Positions 12,201 to 21,200 of a DNA stretch of 40,382 nt are shown in pieces. Below the pieces are notes generated by a model. The model saw nothing but the letters and a program-made list of their open reading frames with translations. It was not told the DNA's origin and did no database searches. The position numbers were made by a program, and so were the translations under genes. This stretch comes from Tubiluchus corallicola (taxonomy: Eukaryota > Animalia > Priapulida). The DNA lies in NCBI GenBank assembly GCA_030141605.1, contig JAQGDQ010001453.1, positions 1-40,382 on the forward strand, written 5' to 3'. Each line of letters begins with the position of its first letter. Within the stretch, counting starts at the first letter, position 1.

Positions 12201-15200
12201 TTATTGGCCATTTGGTATCACGAAGCACAGAAGTAAGTTTGATTGTGAAACTGCTATGTAGTTGTTTATAACATTGCCATTTTGCTTGTGTGTTGTTACA
12301 TAGTTAAGTTCTTGTACACAGAAATTAGTACACATTTACAGTAACACACTACAGACAGTTGTGAAAGACGTTCTTTTGTTGTTAGTCAAGTTTTCGTGGA
12401 CAGAAATTAGTACACATTTACAGTAACACACTACAGACAGTTGTGTACGTTCTTTTGTTGTTAGTCAAGTTTTCGTGCACAGAAACAGACAGTTGTGAAA
12501 GACGTTCTTTTGTTGTTAGTCAAGTTTTCGTGGACAGAAATTAGTACACATTTACAGTAACACACTACAGACAGTTGTGAAAGATGTTCTTTTGTTGTTA
12601 GTCAAGTTTTCGTGGACAGAAATTAGTACACGTTTACAGTAACACACTACAGACAGTTGTGAAAGATGTTCTTTTGTTGTTAGTCAAGTTTTCGTGGACA
12701 GAAATTAGTACACATTTACAGTAACACACTACAGACAGTTGTGAAAGACGTTCTTTTGTTGTTAGTCAAGTTTTCGTGGACAGAAATTAGTACACATTTA
12801 CAGTAACACACTACAGACAGTTGTGTACGTTCTTTTGTTGTTAGTCAAGTTTTCGTGCACAGAAATTAGTACACGTTTACAGTAACACACTACAGACAGT
12901 TGTGAAAGACGTTCTTTTGTTGTTAGTCAAGTTTTCGTGGACAGAAATTAGTACACATTTACAGTAACACACTACAGACAGTTGTGAAAGATGTTCTTTT
13001 GTTGTTAGTCAAGTTTTCGTGGACAGAAATTAGTACACGTTTACAGTAACACACTACAGACAGTTGTGAAAGACGTTCTTTTGTTGTTAGTCAAGTTTTC
13101 GTGGACAGAAATTAGTACACATTTACAGTAACACACTACAGACAGTTGTGTACGTTCTTTTGTTGTTGGTCAAGTTTTCGTGGACAGAAATTAGTACACG
13201 TTTACAGTAACACGCTACAGACAGTTGTGAAAGACGTTCTTTTGTTGTTAGTCAAGTTTTCGTGGACAGAAGTTAGTACACATTTACAGTAACACACTAC
13301 AGACAGTTGTGAAAGATGTTCTTTTGTTGTTAGTCAAGTTTTCGTGGACAGAAATTAGTACACATTTACCATAGCACACTACAGACAGTTGTGAAAGACG
13401 TTCTTTTGTTGTTAGTCAAGTTTTCGTGGACAGAAATTAGTACACATTTACAGTAACACACTACAGACAGTTGTGAAAGATGTTCTTTTGTTGTTAGTCA
13501 AGTTTTCGTGGACAGAAATTAGTACACGTTTACAGTAACACACTACAGACAGTTGTGAAAGATGTTCTTTTGTTGTTAGTCAAGTTTTCGTGGACAGAAA
13601 TTAGTACACGTTTACAGTAACACACTACAGACAGTTGTGAAAGACGTTCTTTTGTTGTTAGTCAAGTTTTCGTGGACAGAAATTAGTACACATTTACAGT
13701 AACACACTACAGACAGTTGTGTACGTTCTTTTGTTGTTAGTCAAGTTTTCGTGCACAGAAATTAGTACACGTTTACAGTAACACACTACAGACAGTTGTG
13801 AAAGACGTTCTTTTGTTGTTAGTCAAGTTTTCGTGGACAGAAATTAGTACACATTAACACACTACAGACAGTTGTGAAAGATGTTCTTTTGTTGTTAGTC
13901 AAGTTTTCGTGGACAGAAATTAGTACACATTTACCATAGCACACTACAGACAGTTGTGAAAGACGTTCTTTTGTTGTTAGTCAAGTTTTCGTGGACAGAA
14001 ATTAGTACACATTTACAGTAACACACTACAGACAGTTGTGAAAGATGTTCTTTTGTTGTTAGTCAAGTTTTCGTGGACAGAAATTAGTACACGTCCACAG
14101 TAACACACTACAGACAGTTGTGAAAGACGTTTCTGTTGTTAATTAGTCAAATTTTCTTGCTTTGAAATTGTATTCATTTACTGTAACACACTAAAAGCTG
14201 TTATAAAACAAACTAGTGTTAGTTTGCCAGTTTTTGTACAGAAAAATTGATGTTCATTTACCGCAAAGCCTAGCACAATACAAACAGTTATGAAAGACAT
14301 TCCGCTTTCATTCACAGGAGAGTAAAAGCAGTTGGAACGTGGTAAAGCAAAGCTGTCTGAATATGTATGGGGTCTATAAGCAGTAGAGACTTGGAATGAA
14401 ATTTGTTAATTTATGCCAGATTTGACAGAAGTGGTGTAGATTCTTTCCAAAAAGAAATGCTGCAAAACAAAAAAAACTGTGCGCGAAGTTTGAAAAGCAA
14501 TTTACACGATTTTTGCCTCTCTAAACTATTCACACTTTATATTATTTTTTTACTTATTTTGAAGTTTATTTCAGCACACACAGTGATGTTATATAAAAGG
14601 AGCAATTTACACTAAAATTTAAAAAACACTATATGTCATGCACTATTAAAAGAACTACTAATATATACAAAAAAAATATGATAAAAACACGTACAGAATT
14701 TAAAATTTCTTTTATTTATTTTGAAGTTTATTTCAGCACATACACAGTAACGTTATATAAATGGAGCAATTTACATTAAAATTTTAAAAAACACTATATG
14801 TCATGCACTGTTAAAAGAACTACTAATATATACAAAAAATATGATAAAAACACGTACAGAATTTAAAATTTCATAGTGTAAGTTAAAAAGCTGCTTTTAC
14901 TAAATCAATAAACTTGACCATCTCTTACATATTCTGCTGTATACAATGAAATTTGCAGACTTGGTGATTCGTTGTCTTAAACTGAGTGATGCAGTAGTAT
15001 CTAGAATGTTGTATGCTGTTTTGTGCACATATTATAGAAGATGGCGTATCATAAGCATAACATGTAGAAAACTTGTGAAGAGTATTGTTGTAAGTGATGC
15101 AGATCTTGGTTAAACTGTATGCTTTGAAATTGTTTTATGGTAAAATACCAACTTGTTTTTTTTTTGTGTTTCTTTATTCTGGTATCTTAGCTGGTTTATT

Positions 15201-18200
15201 TTCTTTATTTTGGTGTTGGTTGTTTTTGTTTTTGTTTGTTACATATCCTCAATGATGACAGCAACATGTTGTAAAATGTAAATAGTTATCAAAAAATGTT
15301 TCAAAATTATAGAACTGTAATGACGTATAATTTTTTGGAAGAAACTTGTAATTATAACTAGTTTATTTTTTTATAGTTTTTAGTTTATTGACTGTTTTGT
15401 TTAAGTCTTGGTAATTTGATATAATTTTCACCAATTTTTACATATCATATTGGTATGTTTTTAGGTACAAGAGAAAACTTCGTGCTGCTAATGCTATGAA
15501 TTTTGGTAAGAAACTTATTCTGCTAAGTTTATATGTATGTATTTTTGTACAGCGTAAGATCAGAATGAATATGTCCTTAAGTTTCTGTACAGAAAAAATA
15601 CATAAAGCTAATGCTAGAATCATTAAAGACGACAAAATAATACAAAATGTCCCTCATAAAGTTCAGACTTATTTCCCTGCAAACTTATTCTGTTGTAAAT
15701 TAGTTGATCAAGCCTTTAGGAAGAAACATTTCAGCGCAAATTAGATTGCATTATGAAATATGAAAATCACTGGCGATTGTAAATTTCTGTTACAGTAATA
15801 ACATTAAAATTCAATTTGTTACAGATAGATTTCAAAATTGTGATGAATATTATATGATATGAATATAAAATACAAATATCGATATTTTCAACTACATTTC
15901 ATAAAAATCTTTTGCCGTAGTTATGACTCTGAATGTTTTTTGAACTTTGTGTTCATACTTGCATTATTGTTCACAAGCAAAACAGTTTTTTGTTTGAAAT
16001 ATTGATCAGTTTTAAAAAACACCTTGAGACAAATGCAAGCCTCGCTCCGCTTAATTTCAGAAAGCTTGAACCTCTTGGAATTGCATTGTTATATGTGTAT
16101 GTGCGGTTGGCTGATGCATTGTTTCGGAGTTTAGTGGTCATATGATTTACAGCCGCATTGTTTGTGTATGATGTGTGGTTGGCTGATGCATTGTTTCGGA
16201 GTTTAGTGGTCATATGATTTACAGCCGCATTGTTTGTGTATGATGTGTGGCTGGCTGATGCATTGTTTCGGAGTTTAGTGGTCATATGACTTACAGCCGC
16301 ATTGTTTATGTATGAGGAAGTTAATTAAGGTCAATCTGCATTGATTTTAAAACATGTTCAGTCTTGTTTTACGTTGGGTTTTTAGCTTTTGTTACTATTA
16401 TATTGATTATAGTGCATTCAGTACTACTTGTAATTACTTGTAAAGGTAAGGACAAGTTATTTAACAAAGAAATTTGCGAAAAACTGTCTATAAGGCAGCT
16501 AATTTGTAAGGCAGCCCACTACTGTTTAGAAATTTTCAGACGTGATGGTAGCTGCAATTCATTTGAAAAGTAAGATGTAACTAGTAAACTTTGTGACTTT
16601 TCATAAGCACATTGTGGCTTGTGCATAAACACTTGCTGCTTAAGCTAATTCAGATTTCTCCAACTTATCTAATGTTTATGCAAAAATATCACAAAACTCT
16701 TTAAGTAATTGTTTGTAAAAACTGATTATATTTATGACGGAAGTTGATGGTGTGTTGCTGTTCTTCCGTCAATGACTGACGTCATTCCTGGAAAAATGGG
16801 GATTCAAAATAGGAGAGCATGAAATTGTCATTTTTATTATAATTTTATTACTAATTCTTTCGCAAACATTGAAATAAGTTTAACTTTCCGGAAAGCTTCA
16901 CCTTTCCCGAATCAGGGGCTCGATTACTATTTTGAAACTGAGGCTCATGTTTTCTTCTAATTGGAAATACTAGTTAGTTTAGACAAGTATGCGTAGCTTT
17001 GAGTGTCAGTCATTCGTGACGAGGTGTGCACTACAGTCTAAACGGGCTTCAAAGAATACAAGTTTACCCTAGGTAGAACACAACAAGTATGCGTAGCTTT
17101 GAGTGTCAGTCATTCGTGACGAGGAGTCCACTACAGTCTAAACGGGCTTCAAAGAATACAAGTTTACCCTAGGTAGAATAGAATAGATGTATGACGTATT
17201 GGTAGCTCGATATCAGAAGCTACAATGTGATCTAAGCCTGTATTTTTTGAAGTTCACTTTAGACACTAATTACAAGCAGTATAAGAATGCACTCATAATT
17301 TCCTAGCAAATTGCTTAATTATCATCTTAATTGTTTATTTCAGCTAAACGGGGTGAGTGATGCTGATTGGTAAATTATTGTGCCGACATTGTCACATGAT
17401 CACAGACAATGCAGACATTGTCACATGATCACAGACAATCACAGTCGTGAATAATAAAAATGGGTTGAACAATGCATTTTTGTTAGGGGTGAGCATTGAA
17501 CGTACGAGTTCGATTCGAACGAGTTTTTTCAGTTCGAACTCGATTCGAATGTAAAACTAGAGATTCGAGTAATTCAGCACTTCAATCACACATGTTCCTG
17601 ATCATTAAAATGATTGAAACATCATTCAATTAGCATAATTTCGCTGTGATTTCTGCACACAATTTTAAAGAAATTACTAGTCGTTTTATTGTAGAACAAA
17701 ATCTAGTGATATGCATGACCTTTGTACGACTAATTTTTACTGGTGGTTCGAAAATCTTTCAATCTCAATTCGAATTCGAAACATTGAAGTTTGGTTCAAT
17801 TCGAGTTCGAAAGTCACAAATTCGGTTCGATTCAAATTCGCTTTCTGGTAGAGAATGCTCACCCCTAATTTTTGTGCAATATCAATTATGTACATTTATG
17901 GATTGTTCAGCCTTTTGTGATTGGTCGCAATGATTTTTAAATGCCCAATAAGAAGTATGAGTGACCGTGTAGTTGTTCTGAGTCTTTCCATCACAACTTT
18001 GATCACATGATTTGTCTGAATCAGCCAATCACAACAATAACTGATCACGTGTTTGTTTGGCTCATCCAATCATGTGTTCTGGATATTCGTGCTGTGGTTT
18101 TAATCATGTGACAATGTGCTTAACGGTGCATTAGTGGTGTTGGCGTGGATGGGGTGCACTCTGGTGTCGGTTGCAGGAACTAACAACCACGTTAACATTT

Positions 18201-21200
18201 CTCACAATGCTTTGTCATCGTTAACAATTTCCACAATTAGTACAAGTCAGTAGACGCTGCTCTGCACAGTAACAATTCAGTCATTAACAATTACGTATCT
18301 TTAATAATCAGGGCAGTTTATTAGTAACTAGCAGTTAGAACACGGGGGGGGGGGGGGAGATTTTCATTTCAACACAGACATCTGTCATCTCCGATAACTA
18401 GTTTTGTTATTAATTACTGGTAGTAATGAGGAATAATTATGGGTAATTACTATACTTAGTGGTAATCAATGTCTAAGATAAGTATGAAAATATTAATACA
18501 TTATTTGAAATCGCTGTGTAGGCTGTGTGAGTTCAGCGCCATGTTTGGCCAATTTTAAACACTCTGGATGACACATATTCAGGTTTGTAGACACAGAGGT
18601 TTCTGTGCTACTTTGGGAAAAAAACTCAATGTATTTTGAGGAAATTTTTGTACGGTGCTCTGGTTTTGATGTTGAGTTTAGGAACTAATTTTGTTTTATT
18701 GATTAACACTAAATGAATTGAATGCACAATATTAGTTGTTGAGATTGGGTATTGTAGGCTTTAGCGTTTGCTTGTGCAAGAAATAACGTATTTTAGTTAT
18801 TTGAATTTCTTAATGTACTTGCAGTGAAAATTATTTATAAAGTTTAATTTGATTTAGTTAAAATGTTATTAACTGACTGAAAAACTTCTTAATCAAACAA
18901 CATCATTAATCATCTTATTTCATTGCACGTTAGATCATAGACTATTTCTATGTATTTCATCTTTTCAATACCTACATCACCTGTGTATCATTTCTTCTTT
19001 CTGAGGCCTTTTTATCCGTTTATTTGTCTCTTTGATTGTTATCATTGTCATTGTTATTGTTATCATTGTCATTGTTATCATTGTCATTGTCATTGTCATT
19101 GTTATCATTGTCATTGTCATTGTCATTGTTATCATTGTCATTGTCATTGTTATCAAAAAACGGTCATTGTTAACATTGATATTTCATTTAAAATTTCAGG
19201 TGAAACAATGGAAGTTGACTTGAATACATTGAAAACTCCAAACACAAATAAATACGCATACGAGGGGTAAGACTGTTACAGTACTTAAAACGTTGTATGT
19301 TTACATACACTAACTATGGCGGTACCTATGGTTTAATTTATCTAAACAGATTTAATGCTAATTTATTTGTTAAAAAATTGAAGAAAATGTGAGTTATAGT
19401 TGGTTTGGTATTGTTAATTAATTAAGTTGAATTGAAGTTGAACAGTTGTAAGTTGACGACAAGCTGTAATTTGATAAACAATTTTTGGTTGATAAGAGGC
19501 TGAGAAGTGAGTAAAACTTTCCATTTTGAAGGCATCTCATTATTCCTAAGACCAAAATCTTCCTCAAGTAAACTGGCACTTGAAGTACACATTATGCACT
19601 GAAAAATGTCATCTTGAGAAAAACGCTGTTAAGGTTAGCCATTGTTCTTTGTTGCGTTTCTACAAAACATTTAGAAACCGTACAAATGTTGGTTACTACA
19701 GGCTTTGCAAGAACCTTGAAGAAGATCTGGGTTTGGCAGAAGAAAAACCCTGAAGTAAAATGACAGCTTCCATGAGCTACTATTTGAGTTTGAAAATAGG
19801 AATTTTTTCAATTGCAGTACTAGTTTTTAGCCTGAAAAGTGGGTACGGAGATATAAAAATAGATTTTTGATATTTTTGAATATGTTCTTGATAACCTAAT
19901 GCTATAATACAAAAGTTCAATGTATATATAGCATTTGTTTAAAAAAAATTACATTTGACCAACTCTGAAGCATTCTACTTTGAAGCATCATAATGCAGTT
20001 TTAACTATGCCGACTCATGGATGGTTTTGGTTTGCAAGCACACAGTTAATTTTACGCAGTTTTTGTGATGTTTTCTCTACATGCTACAGTGCTGCCACCT
20101 ATAGTGTGATTTATTAAATTGCTAGTGAGTTCTTGAGATTGGTTTTCTTGTTTGCAGATCTAATCCTATCTGGATGGAGCAGGATTATGACAATCCGGGA
20201 TTTGAGGAGCACGAGCATGAGGATGAGGATGATTCAATCAGGTGACATATTCGTGTTGCGAAAATTTGAAATACTTAATTACCGTGACAGCAATGTGCAC
20301 CACACAGCTTCAATTACCAATAGACTATACAAAAATGCCCTTTGTACTGTTAGTTGTACTTAGTAATATTATTATTAGTAGCAATAATATTAGTACTGTA
20401 CTTTTTGAGCAGGTTGTTAGTACATTCATTATTATTAATTGTTGTTATGAATTTCTTGAAAACCAGAGATTGTTGTATCATTTTATCTGCAATTTGTAAA
20501 ATAGGAATTGTTTTAATCATCGTAAGAGTGTTTAATTTGATTTTTATATAGGCCTCTTACTTTTAGTTTAGAAAGTACTGTTTGTGTAATCTTACTTCTC
20601 TTTATTTTTATTCTAATGCTTTAAATTGTAAAAACAATTTGTATTTTAAACTTACTAGAAGTTCATTAACTGCTTTACTGTCTGTATGACCAGAATCTTC
20701 CGCCCTGAAAATGCTAATATGACTGGCCTGTACTGTCCTGTTTAATATGCAAATTAACTGCTATGTACACCAGTAGCAATAATATACACCACATGCCACG
20801 CACGTAATAGAGTTGTTGAGAATAGACAGTGGTGCTGTCCTCTATTGGCCAAAAAGTTAATGCATATAGGCCAGCAAATGACTAATGTGGGCAAAACTTG
20901 TAGAAAAGATTGCTGTTATTGCTTAATGTGCACAGCAGTCTGCTGTTTGGTTCTACTCTGCATTTTACATGATGCTTTAAATTATGCCGCTCAAAATAAA
21001 AACGAATCAGCGGCAGTAGTGGAAATTATGGGGGTTCTAGCAGCCATGGTGGTGACGATGACAGTTTTGACAGTAAAACTGATGGTGATGTATGAAAAGT
21101 TGAAGTCATTTCTGTAATCGCTAACAGTATAAATGAACAGTAGCAACATTTCGTTTTCTTAAAGTATTCCCCTACATCAGATACAGTGACAGTAAAGAGT

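Noticed and set aside
12300-14150. Possible CRISPR or ncRNA array
   Set aside because: The whole 82-bp unit is repeated with no variable spacers and no recognisable RNA gene motif.
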